Assembly: GCA_045633705.1 (NCBI GenBank)
Contig: JAZQYV010000012.1
Span: 18,057-82,056 of the forward strand
Length of the DNA: 64,000 nucleotides
From: Candidatus Onthoplasma sp.
GTDB lineage: Bacteria > Bacillota > Clostridia > Christensenellales > UBA1242
Direction of reading: 5' to 3'
The translations under genes were made by a program, and so were the position numbers. Positions within the stretch are counted from its first letter, which is position 1. Each line of letters begins with the position of its first letter. This document shows positions 55,866 to 64,000 of the stretch, in pieces. The notes under the pieces were generated by a model, which saw nothing but the letters and a program-made list of their open reading frames with translations, searched no databases and had not been told where the DNA came from.

Positions 55866-55895
55866 AAAAAATAGCAACTTTTACATTGCTATTTT
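55866..55895 (-). terminator. lipoprotein gene terminator
   Basis: ATAGCAA...TTGCTAT hairpin followed by a T-run on the minus strand. Confidence 0.65.
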
Positions 55896-55904
55896 ATATT
55901 TAAA

Positions 55905-57326
55905 TTATTGGGCACTGCTTTCTAATGCTTTAATTTCTGATGGAACGTCTAATACAACATTGGTTTTGTTAAATGTATAATATTCCTTATATTGGTCGTT
56001 ATATCTTACTTCCATTTTACTAATTTCTTCAGCATTAAATATATATTTATACTTCCAAACATCAGGATGGTCTTCTTCAGTTACAGTTAATTCATAATAT
56101 TGTCCTCCTGAACTAATATCTATTGTACAATCACTTAAGTCATAAACACCAAAAACAACGCTAATAAGATGGCTTTCCCAAGTGCTTATATTTTCTTTAT
56201 ATGCACGGTCACTATCACTTTCCTTTGAATACCAATAATTCCCATTAGTCCAATACCACTTATTAAACTCTCCATATTCACGGTATATAATATTATTATT
56301 TACATCATATTTTACATATATTTTGGTAGTATTTGTAGTATTATCAAAAACACTTACCTCCAAATCACTTTCAAGATAATCATTCATTAGGTCTTTTAAA
56401 TCGGAGGCTCTATCAATAACATTAATAGTTGCACTACTTTCCATCGCCTTAATTTCTGCTGGAACTTCCAATGTTATAGGAGCATAATTAAAGTTATATT
56501 CCCAAGTTTCAGGGTCATTATCTTCACATTCGATTTTTAATAAAAAATCGTCATTAAAGATATATTTATATGTAAGTTCATAGTCCTCATCAGTCGTCGT
56601 TGCCGTCAACACATAATTAATTCCATGTTTTTCAACCGATTCAATCGTCCAAATGTCTCCATCAATATCTTTACCAGTTTCCAAAATTTCTAAAATACTA
56701 TATGTATGCCAATATTTAGATTGCCAATCCCAGTCGCTTGCTAATGTTTTAGTACAAGATTCTTCATAAGATGCGTAATCATATGTAACATTATTATTCA
56801 ACCAAGCGTAGCCTACCCAGCCATCATCTACATCAGTGCTTTTCATTATTTTATTATCAACGTCTATTTGCATAGTATTATTTCCAACTGAAAGGGTAAT
56901 ATCCTTATCGAGGTTGGCCTCAACTACTTCCTTTAATAGATATCTTTCGTCTACCACATTGGCATACATTGTAGCGGTCTTTTCGCCATAATTTATTGTT
57001 AGATTATATTGCCCAACGTTTTTTAATTTTTCCTTATCAGTTTCACTAAACATACTCTCAAGCACATCAACTATTTTTGTGCTTCCATCTTCATACATTA
57101 CAGTCATGGTTATATTTGTGCGTGCAAAATGGCCTTTAATAATATAGCCAGGTAAACTATCAGCATTAATACTGATTCCACTAACCACTTTATTTTCATC
57201 TTGAGTTTGCTCGTTTTGAGTTTTGTCCACTTCTTCAGTAGCATCACAGCCACTTAGCATAAAGCCACCTGTTAACGCACTTGCACCCGCCAAACCAAGT
57301 GCTAAAAATTTGTTAAACTTTTTCAT
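55905..57326 (-). CDS. lipoprotein with two internal repeat modules
   Basis: Lipobox LSGC after a signal peptide. The C-terminal halves repeat (YKYIFN...VPAEIKAMESSA and YKYIFN...VPSEIKALESSA). Confidence 0.7.
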   Translation of the reverse strand: MKKFNKFLALGLAGASALTGGFMLSGCDATEEVDKTQNEQTQDENKVVSGISINADSLPGYIIKGHFARTNITMTVMYEDGSTKIVDVLESMFSETDKEKLKNVGQYNLTINYGEKTATMYANVVDERYLLKEVVEANLDKDITLSVGNNTMQIDVDNKIMKSTDVDDGWVGYAWLNNNVTYDYASYEESCTKTLASDWDWQSKYWHTYSILEILETGKDIDGDIWTIESVEKHGINYVLTATTTDEDYELTYKYIFNDDFLLKIECEDNDPETWEYNFNYAPITLEVPAEIKAMESSATINVIDRASDLKDLMNDYLESDLEVSVFDNTTNTTKIYVKYDVNNNIIYREYGEFNKWYWTNGNYWYSKESDSDRAYKENISTWESHLISVVFGVYDLSDCTIDISSGGQYYELTVTEEDHPDVWKYKYIFNAEEISKMEVRYNDQYKEYYTFNKTNVVLDVPSEIKALESSAQ

Positions 57327-57364
57327 AAATACTTTTCTCCTTTTGTGATATTACTATTATATAA

Positions 57365-57376
57365 GTAGAATTCTAC
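57365..57376. promoter_or_regulatory. 12-bp perfect palindrome GTAGAATTCTAC (candidate XRE operator)
   Basis: It lies in the divergent intergenic region between the lipoprotein and XRE genes. A half-site TTCTACTAG is repeated about 35 nt downstream. Confidence 0.5.
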
Positions 57377-57417
57377 TAAGTCAAGTAATTTAAGTAAATT
57401 TCTACTAGTATTTTAGT

Positions 57418-57624
57418 ATGAAAGAGAATTTATCTAAACGATTATTTCAATTAAGAAAAGAAAGAAATTTGTCACAGCAACAAGTTGCTAAAGCAATAGG
57501 AGTTACTCAAAAAGCAATTGATTTTTGGGAAAAAGACATCAATGAACCAAAGGCAACCTATATTGTCAATTTGGCAACCTATTTCGGCGTATCTGCTGGA
57601 TATTTATTGGGGTTAGAAGATTAA
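57418..57624 (+). CDS. XRE family HTH transcriptional regulator
   Basis: HTH segment LSQQQVAKAIGVTQKAIDFWEK, 68 aa. Confidence 0.85.
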   Translation: MKENLSKRLFQLRKERNLSQQQVAKAIGVTQKAIDFWEKDINEPKATYIVNLATYFGVSAGYLLGLED

Positions 57625-57796
57625 TCAGCAATGCTTGTGGATAATTTTTATTTTATTTAACACACTAATAGTATGAAAAAATTAAAAAAATTTAAAACCA
57701 AACACTTTGGCAAACCTAACAAATTTGATGTAAGCGGCTCATACACTGGCACAGGTTTAATTAATGATATTCCAGTACAAGACGTAGATGACTTAT

Positions 57797-57826
57797 AAAA
57801 AATTCTCACACGATGTGAGATTTTTT
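57797..57826. terminator. bidirectional terminator
   Basis: AAAAAATTCTCACACGATGTGAGATTTTTT. Confidence 0.75.
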
Positions 57827-57871
57827 GTTTTTTATGTTATTAACAAACAGTCAGTTATCAACCTTTTAAAT

Positions 57872-58342
57872 TTATTTATTAATATGATTCAATGTTATAA
57901 AATCATATAACGGCTTCATTGTTTTGTTTACTAAATCGATATAATAACATCTTCCTTCGTATATGCCTCGATTGCCTCGTATAATATTAAAACCATTGAA
58001 ATCTGGATTAACTTCTATCAGCAATTCATCAAATGGCATATCATCAACAACTTGTGTACCATTATATTGCAACTTTAACCAAACACCAGTTTGCATTGCC
58101 CTAAGTGTTTCGGCATGAAGACTTACACCAATTGCAGGCATTGTGTGGCTGTTGCTTAACATATTATTTAATATTTGATTTAAATTATTATCATATTCAA
58201 CGATAATATGTTTATCATCAATAACAACTTCAGCTTTATTACTACTTACGATATAACTTTTAATATCTTTATTTTCCATATTTCCACCTACCAACATTGT
58301 AGCACACATACAAGCGCAAAGCAAAGTTTTAAACATAATCAC
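57872..58342 (-). CDS. hypothetical secreted protein
   Basis: N-terminal signal-like hydrophobic segment and no recognised domain. Confidence 0.5.
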   Translation of the reverse strand: MIMFKTLLCACMCATMLVGGNMENKDIKSYIVSSNKAEVVIDDKHIIVEYDNNLNQILNNMLSNSHTMPAIGVSLHAETLRAMQTGVWLKLQYNGTQVVDDMPFDELLIEVNPDFNGFNIIRGNRGIYEGRCYYIDLVNKTMKPLYDFITLNHINK

Positions 58343-58471
58343 CTCATGTAAGCTATATTTTCCACTTTGATTAATTTTATTTACAAATTTGTTTGCGAAA
58401 AATAATAGAACATTATTTTAACCTTACCTTAAACTATTTTTTATACTTGCTTATTATGATATACTTTAATT

Positions 58472-58939
58472 ATGATTACAAAAGAACTTGATTTTACAAT
58501 ACATGAACCAAACATATTAGATGAAAAAGCAGTACTTGAAATGCAACAAGAATTTTTTAATACAAATTGTAAATTTAATGGTACAAGTGATTTAAACCTT
58601 TTTAATAACTATATTGATTGGTTAGCCAATACAATTAATCAAACTCATTGCTATAATTTTAATAATATGCCAGGAAGCAAACTTACATACCTTGCAACAA
58701 TTAATCATACCCTGGTTGGCATGCTAGAGATTGTTTGTTATACAAATATTAACAACATCAACTGTGCCCACATAATAGAATGCATTAGGCCATTTTGTAG
58801 ACGGTTAGGATATAGTAAGCCATTACTTAAAAAGGCTATTGAAGAATGTAACTCGTTTGGCATCCGTAAAAACAATATTACATTTGAATATAATAACAAA
58901 GCAAGTAGCGACACCATGACAAAAATTATGGATTTTTAA
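58472..58939 (+). CDS. GNAT-like acetyltransferase (tentative)
   Basis: Size and the C-terminal segment RRLGYSKPLLKKAIEEC resemble the GNAT acetyl-CoA site. Confidence 0.45.
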   Translation: MITKELDFTIHEPNILDEKAVLEMQQEFFNTNCKFNGTSDLNLFNNYIDWLANTINQTHCYNFNNMPGSKLTYLATINHTLVGMLEIVCYTNINNINCAHIIECIRPFCRRLGYSKPLLKKAIEECNSFGIRKNNITFEYNNKASSDTMTKIMDF

Positions 58940-58970
58940 AAATAGGAAGATGTATTTCTTCCTATTTTTT
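58940..58970. terminator. bidirectional terminator
   Basis: AAAATAGGAAGA-TGTATT-TCTTCCTATTTTTT. Confidence 0.75.
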
Positions 58971-58972
58971 AT

Positions 58973-60316
58973 CTATTCAGTTTGTAACCATTGTCGACTA
59001 ATATCATTATAATCAAATGCATCTTTACACATATCATATCTATTATTTTTAAACCATTCAGTATCTTTTAATACAGTGGTATTATTGCTGCAATACACAC
59101 TAACATCAACATCGTCCTTCTTTGCCATTATTACAATATTGCCATTGAATGATACAAATTCATCATTATGGTAATCCACGCAAAGGGTTGTTACGTAAAC
59201 TTTGGTTGTAAATCTAGACACATTTTCAATAAATATTTTCGTTGGGAATTGGTTTTCAACAGCACTAGTGTATTCACTACTTCCAGCACAACAGCACACA
59301 CAAACAATTTTTGGTTTAATTACATCTAACAACTCAATTGATGATGATGTTTTACTTCCATGGTGGCCTGCCTTGTACACTTCAACACAAAAATCAGTTT
59401 GATGTAATACCGGATTACGACTTTCTTGCACCAAATACTCTTCGCCCTCTGTTTCCAAATCGCCAGTAAAGATAAAATATTTATCTCCCTGATTTAAAAG
59501 AGTACAAACCGAATAATCATTTTCATGCCCTTCATTTTCGTAATAATAGTTATTTAATATCTGTAAATTAATATTATTTGCTTGATCTAACTCAATTTTA
59601 CCATCAGTATATTGTTCTAATACTTCACTTGCTGTTAAGTGTGTTGGATAATTTCCTGCTTTTTCGCCTTTTGTAAGCTTTGTTTCCAATTCTGCAGTTA
59701 ATTCTCGGTTAAAGTTTGCATATAATGTGCTTGTTGAAGTTGTTGTTTCGCTATAGCTTGTAATACCCAATTTAGAAATATGTTGTTTTGTATCTATTGT
59801 TTCTTCCTTATATTGGGTTGGCATTTTTTGGTTTGTGGTTGCAAATGTAATTATTGTTTCACATTCATACAAATCAAATATACTATCAACCTTTGCTGTT
59901 GTTGCAAAACCCGCATAATGGTCTTGGTGCGCATGAGTTACAATCACGTACTCCAACACCCCATCTGTTACATATTGATTTAGATAATTACTAACCGTTG
60001 CAACACTATTTGATTTTGAACCACAGTCAATTAGTATATCAATATTTTCACCAACTTTAATATATGTACAATCGCCTGTATATTTATTTCCAACTTCTAA
60101 AAAGTGTACCGACACAGCCCCAGCTTCGGCTTGCTGTACGCCTTCAGCTAGTTTAATAGTATCACCCTCAGCAGATTTAGAAAAATACACACTTTCAGTT
60201 TCAATCAGCTCTTCATTATATGGCAATGTTATGTAGGCAAGCGTGCCCACACCACCAATACCACCAATAACAAACATTATTAATGATAAAAATATTACTA
60301 ACGCTTTATTTTTCAT
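58973..60316 (-). CDS. membrane-anchored MBL-fold metallo-hydrolase (ComEC C-terminal-domain-like)
   Basis: N-terminal TM, HxHxDH (VTHAHQDHYAG) and a distal AGHHGS. Confidence 0.75.
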   Translation of the reverse strand: MKNKALVIFLSLIMFVIGGIGGVGTLAYITLPYNEELIETESVYFSKSAEGDTIKLAEGVQQAEAGAVSVHFLEVGNKYTGDCTYIKVGENIDILIDCGSKSNSVATVSNYLNQYVTDGVLEYVIVTHAHQDHYAGFATTAKVDSIFDLYECETIITFATTNQKMPTQYKEETIDTKQHISKLGITSYSETTTSTSTLYANFNRELTAELETKLTKGEKAGNYPTHLTASEVLEQYTDGKIELDQANNINLQILNNYYYENEGHENDYSVCTLLNQGDKYFIFTGDLETEGEEYLVQESRNPVLHQTDFCVEVYKAGHHGSKTSSSIELLDVIKPKIVCVCCCAGSSEYTSAVENQFPTKIFIENVSRFTTKVYVTTLCVDYHNDEFVSFNGNIVIMAKKDDVDVSVYCSNNTTVLKDTEWFKNNRYDMCKDAFDYNDISRQWLQTE

Positions 60317-60328
60317 GTTTTTCCCTCC

Positions 60329-60856
60329 TTAGTCCACTTCGTTGTCTGGTGTACTTTCAACAAAAGTAATCAATCGTATGCGTTGAACGGTAAATATTTT
60401 ACCATACTTTATATCGTCAACCCTATAAATTATATAATATGTTCCAACCTCATCGGCATAATAAGTTCGGTTTGGATTTTGCTTTAAGTTGGTTTCAATA
60501 TAAACTTTATCGCTTACATCTCTACCAAAAGACACCACTTTTACGCCCTCATCATTATAGCAATTGTTAAGTCCCCATTCTTCATTTTCATCCTTTAATG
60601 TAAGTGTGATTTCGTCTTTACCAATAATAACAAACTGGTCGTCCAACGTTAAATACCAGCACACACCAGCGCCAATTGCTGCACCTATAATTGTTACAAG
60701 TAAAATAATTAAGATTGCCTTAAATCCCAATTTCTTAATTGTTCTATTAGTCTTACGCTTTGTTGTTCGTGACGCTTTACCATTACGACTTTCTGGCGCA
60801 TCCCAGCCCCAGTTTATTTTTGCTTTTGTTTGTACTTTTTTCGCTTCTTTTGCCAT
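60329..60856 (-). CDS. hypothetical membrane-anchored protein
   Basis: Basic N-terminus, one TM helix and a beta-rich ectodomain. It lies 12 nt upstream of the MBL-fold gene. Confidence 0.5.
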   Translation of the reverse strand: MAKEAKKVQTKAKINWGWDAPESRNGKASRTTKRKTNRTIKKLGFKAILIILLVTIIGAAIGAGVCWYLTLDDQFVIIGKDEITLTLKDENEEWGLNNCYNDEGVKVVSFGRDVSDKVYIETNLKQNPNRTYYADEVGTYYIIYRVDDIKYGKIFTVQRIRLITFVESTPDNEVD

Positions 60857-61052
60857 ATTTATCTCCTTTTATAAATATTTTAACATATATAAATATATTT
60901 CTCCTAATACTTTTTTAAATTTATTATAATAAATCAAAATATGTTTTTGACAAAATACGTAAAATTTTAGCTTAATATTTAGTTGTTATTTTTAATTTTT
61001 AATGTTATAATAAATTAAGCATGTTGAAATTATATTTTTTTAGGAGAAACTG

Positions 61053-61913
61053 ATGAATAAAATAATAATAACCACTGAAGATACTTGCGACCTAACTCCG
61101 GAACTATGCAAGCAATATAACATTGCAACTATCGGACTAAATTTAATTGTTGATGAAGTTGAGTACAATTCTCAAAGTAACCCAATTAGCACCGAAAACT
61201 TTTACAAAGCCATGCGTGCAGATAAAAAAGTTAGCACTAGTTTGGTTAACGAATTTGATGCATTAGCATTTTTTGAAAATCTATTAAAACAAGATTATGA
61301 TATAGTTCATATTGGTTTTAGTAAAAATTTGAGCGGCACATACAACAATATTATTAATGCTAGCGAACAATTAAAACAAACCTACGGCGACCGCATACGC
61401 GTTGTTGACAGTTTATCCGCCAGTATGGGCGAAGGTCTAATTGCGGTTATGGCCAGCATTTACAATGATGGAACTAAATCATTAGACGAAATTGCAGAAT
61501 ATGCTTTAAACGTTAGCAAGCAAATGAGTCACCTATTCATTGTTGATAGCTTAAAATATTTGGCACGTACTGGACGTATCAGTAAACTGACAGCTGGTAT
61601 TGGAACATTGCTTCAAATTAAACCAGTACTGCACGCTGATGATGAGGGCAGATTAACAAACATTCAAAAAGTTATCAGCCGTAAAAAATCAATTAATGTA
61701 TTGGCTGACAAAGTAATAAGTTCTAAAAACAATCTTTCAGATATAGTATTTATAGCTCACGCCGATTGTATTGATGATGCAAATCTTCTTGCATCATTAA
61801 TTGAAAAGGGATTATCTATAAAACCAATTATTTCTAACATCGGCCCAATTGTTGGTTCACACGCTGGACCTGGAACACTTGCAATATTCTTCACATCAGA
61901 TACAAGACAATAA
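61053..61913 (+). CDS. DegV family fatty-acid-binding protein
   Basis: Typical DegV N-terminus (IIITTEDTCDL), 286 aa, SD AGGAGAAA. Confidence 0.9.
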   Translation: MNKIIITTEDTCDLTPELCKQYNIATIGLNLIVDEVEYNSQSNPISTENFYKAMRADKKVSTSLVNEFDALAFFENLLKQDYDIVHIGFSKNLSGTYNNIINASEQLKQTYGDRIRVVDSLSASMGEGLIAVMASIYNDGTKSLDEIAEYALNVSKQMSHLFIVDSLKYLARTGRISKLTAGIGTLLQIKPVLHADDEGRLTNIQKVISRKKSINVLADKVISSKNNLSDIVFIAHADCIDDANLLASLIEKGLSIKPIISNIGPIVGSHAGPGTLAIFFTSDTRQ

Positions 61914-61919
61914 TTATTA

Positions 61920-61957
61920 AAAAAATAAAAGCATTTAAATTATGCTTTTATTTTTTA
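61920..61957 (+). terminator. degV terminator
   Basis: ATAAAAGCAT...ATGCTTTTAT followed by a T-run. Confidence 0.65.
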
Positions 61958-62139
61958 TTTAAATATTATTAAATATTTCTTAATTGTATTATTTGATATA
62001 ATTATTATATTTAAATACCGCAATTTAACACTTATTTATAGCATTTTCTCGATTTTATAGATATATTTATTTTAAATAAATAATTTTTATTAAAAATTAT
62101 TTTTTATATTAAAATACTTATTCTATATTTTAATATAAT

Positions 62140-63837
62140 TTATTTTTTATTTAAATTATTTTTAAATTCGTTGCATTTAAATTTTGCTTCTTGTGCAACT
62201 TGAAGAGCTTGTGCATTTTCACCAACACCCATTAGTCGAGCAATTTCAAAATACAATTCTCTATCTTTAATTTTTGTTAACCTTGTGTGAGTTGTGTCAT
62301 CACTATATTTTTCCACCCTAAAATTCGTATCTGCCATAGACGCCAATTGCGGTAAGTGTGAAATTGTAATAACTTGTTTGATTCTTGACAGCTTTGCCAA
62401 ACATTCCGCAACTACTCCAGCCATTTTACCGCTAAGTCCTGTATCTATCTCATCAAAAATCAATGTATTAATTTCATCTAGCTCTGCTACAACAATTTTA
62501 TACGCCAACATAAATCTACTAAGCTCGCCACCAGACGCAATTTTTGCAAGCGGTTTACACTCAAAACCAATATTAGCTGAAAACATAAACTCCACCACGT
62601 CTTGCCCCTTTAAAGTATAAGGTTCCGTGCGCTTACTTAAGTTTATTTTTACACTCGCATTCGGCATACCCAACAAGCTTATTTCATCTTGAATTTTGCT
62701 AGCCATACTTATTGCGTTTTTAGTTCGTATTGCAGTTATATTATCTTGCACTTTTTGTATTTGCATCAACAATTTATCTTTTCTTTCTAACAAATCTTTA
62801 TGCACAGCCTCACTATTAATCAAATTGTTAAGTTTTTCAGTTATATCATTATAATATTTGATTAGGCTTTCATAATCGCCACCATACTTTCTAAACAAGT
62901 CTTTAATATAATCTGCGCGTTCGTCTAGCTGTTGCAACAAGGCAGCATCAAAATTTCCACTATTTAAATACTCATTTATAGTTTTAGCAATATCATCAAG
63001 CTCTACAGACACACTTTCAAGCCTATTACTTAACACAACATATTTTTCACCAAACTCTTGTAATCCAGAAATTTGTCTACACGTATCTGAAATTAAATCA
63101 CTTGCTGGGGTTACATATCCATTTGAAGCCAAATTTGAATAACTAGCTTGCAACTTTTCAGCAATTTTTTCATACGATTTCATTTCCTTAATTTGCTGTA
63201 AAATATCCTCGTATTCTCCCTGTTTTATTCCTGCATTGTCTATTTCATTAATTTGATATGTGTACAAGTCAATAAGATTTTGTTTTTGTTCTAGATTTCC
63301 ACCAAGTCCACTTAATTTAGTGTTAATACAATTTAACTCTTCAATCAACGCATGCAAGTTATCTAAATATGGTTCAATTTCGCCTTTTGAAAACAAATCT
63401 AATATATCCAGCTGATATTCATTGTCCATAAGAGATTGATGTTCATGTTGCCCATGAATGTCAATTAACCTACTACTAACCTTCTTTAAAATAGTAGTGT
63501 TTACACTTTCGCCATTTATTTTGCATATGGTTTTGCCTGTATCATAATATTCACGTGTAATTACCATTTCATCTTCAATTTCTATACCGGCATATTCTTT
63601 TAAAAATGTTTTAAATCCACTATCAAGTTCGTCAAAAAAGGCATCGACACGCATGTTGTCGGTACCTTCTCTAAGCAACGTTTTGTCAAGACGGTCGCCA
63701 AACACAAAGCCCATGGCATTAAGCATAATACTTTTACCTGAGCCAGTTTCGCCACTTATTACATTTAAACGATTATCAAAAGTTATATCTAAACTATCAA
63801 TCAACGCCACATTTTTAATTTTTAAATTAACTAACAT
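62140..63837 (-). CDS. recN: DNA repair protein RecN
   Basis: Walker A GETGSGKS, coiled-coil middle, signature ASGGELSR and Walker B LIFDEIDTG. Confidence 0.95.
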   Translation of the reverse strand: MLVNLKIKNVALIDSLDITFDNRLNVISGETGSGKSIMLNAMGFVFGDRLDKTLLREGTDNMRVDAFFDELDSGFKTFLKEYAGIEIEDEMVITREYYDTGKTICKINGESVNTTILKKVSSRLIDIHGQHEHQSLMDNEYQLDILDLFSKGEIEPYLDNLHALIEELNCINTKLSGLGGNLEQKQNLIDLYTYQINEIDNAGIKQGEYEDILQQIKEMKSYEKIAEKLQASYSNLASNGYVTPASDLISDTCRQISGLQEFGEKYVVLSNRLESVSVELDDIAKTINEYLNSGNFDAALLQQLDERADYIKDLFRKYGGDYESLIKYYNDITEKLNNLINSEAVHKDLLERKDKLLMQIQKVQDNITAIRTKNAISMASKIQDEISLLGMPNASVKINLSKRTEPYTLKGQDVVEFMFSANIGFECKPLAKIASGGELSRFMLAYKIVVAELDEINTLIFDEIDTGLSGKMAGVVAECLAKLSRIKQVITISHLPQLASMADTNFRVEKYSDDTTHTRLTKIKDRELYFEIARLMGVGENAQALQVAQEAKFKCNEFKNNLNKK

Positions 63838-63853
63838 AATTACGTCCTTTGTA

Positions 63854-64000
63854 TTATATGGTGTATTTTTTTACCTTAACCACCTCTTTTAGACATAGCC
63901 CCTTACTATAATCTCCAAACTTTTCTCTCATTGCCAGTCTTAACTTCTCAATTAATTCAAGCTTACAACCTTTTGCTTCAACAAAATCATTAAATGCATT
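63854..64000 (-). CDS. 3' end of an unidentified gene (partial, runs off the window)
   Basis: Open frame to the window edge ending ...KGLCLKEVVKVKKYTI-stop, 16 nt upstream of recN. It does not look like ArgR. Confidence 0.35.
   Translation of the reverse strand, partial: NAFNDFVEAKGCKLELIEKLRLAMREKFGDYSKGLCLKEVVKVKKYTI

Noticed and set aside
61914-62156. Extremely AT-rich 226-bp spacer between convergent degV and recN, with a 17-bp direct repeat TTATTTTTTATTTAAAT at both ends. Considered a dif/terminus site or mobile-element scar.
   Set aside because: No dif-like core (…TATATTATGT…) is present. The repeat is low-complexity T/A sequence, and it coincides with the degV terminator T-run and the recN stop region.
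1-64000. Alternative genetic code (TGA as Trp, as in Mollicutes-like AT-rich genomes).
   Set aside because: All conserved proteins are full length under the standard code without in-frame TGA read-through, and TGG is used for Trp.
1-64000. CRISPR arrays, IS elements, prophage, integrase or recognisable defence systems.
   Set aside because: I saw no regularly spaced direct repeats, and no transposase, integrase, RT or nuclease-NTPase gene pairs. The only integration-like signature is the tRNA-Ser 3' duplication reported above.

Overview
This 64-kb window is a chromosomal segment from a visibly AT-rich, anaerobic, endospore-forming Bacillota (Clostridia-like) genome. Full-length ORFs under the standard code show no sign of TGA recoding. 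It is dominated by core informational genes: holB-ricT-methyltransferase, greA, rpsF-ssb-rpsR, prfB, lepB, argS, gyrB-gyrA-radC, metG, dtd, dnaB, typA, hup, tsaD and recN. It also carries spoIVB, two tRNAs (Arg-UCG, Ser-UGA), several GNAT, DUF378 and DUF1653 paralogs, and a five-gene polysaccharide cluster (43.7-49.1 kb). A second envelope cluster (two Wzy-like proteins plus a PAP2 phosphatase) sits after rpsR. I found no transposase, integrase, CRISPR array, rRNA or recognisable defence system. The ORF track missed two short CDSs, a 56-aa 2x[4Fe-4S] ferredoxin and a 54-aa YjzC-like protein. I cannot point to a clear novel multi-gene system. The observations most worth a second look are these: (1) a displaced tRNA-Ser 3' end with a duplicated terminator, flanking a ~113-nt GC-rich structured insert of unknown identity; (2) a DnaA-box cluster and a family of terminator hairpins whose stems are DnaA-box sequence; (3) a promoter-driven short transcript with a leaderless 22-aa hydrophobic ORF and two terminators upstream of an apparently leaderless holB; (4) a tandem 20-bp palindromic operator over the promoter of a membrane-protein/MarR operon; (5) an ORF pair that looks like one gene split at an A7 tract; (6) several orphan proteins embedded among housekeeping genes. 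All coordinates were derived by eye using track ORFs as anchors, so non-CDS coordinates may be off by 1-2 nt.
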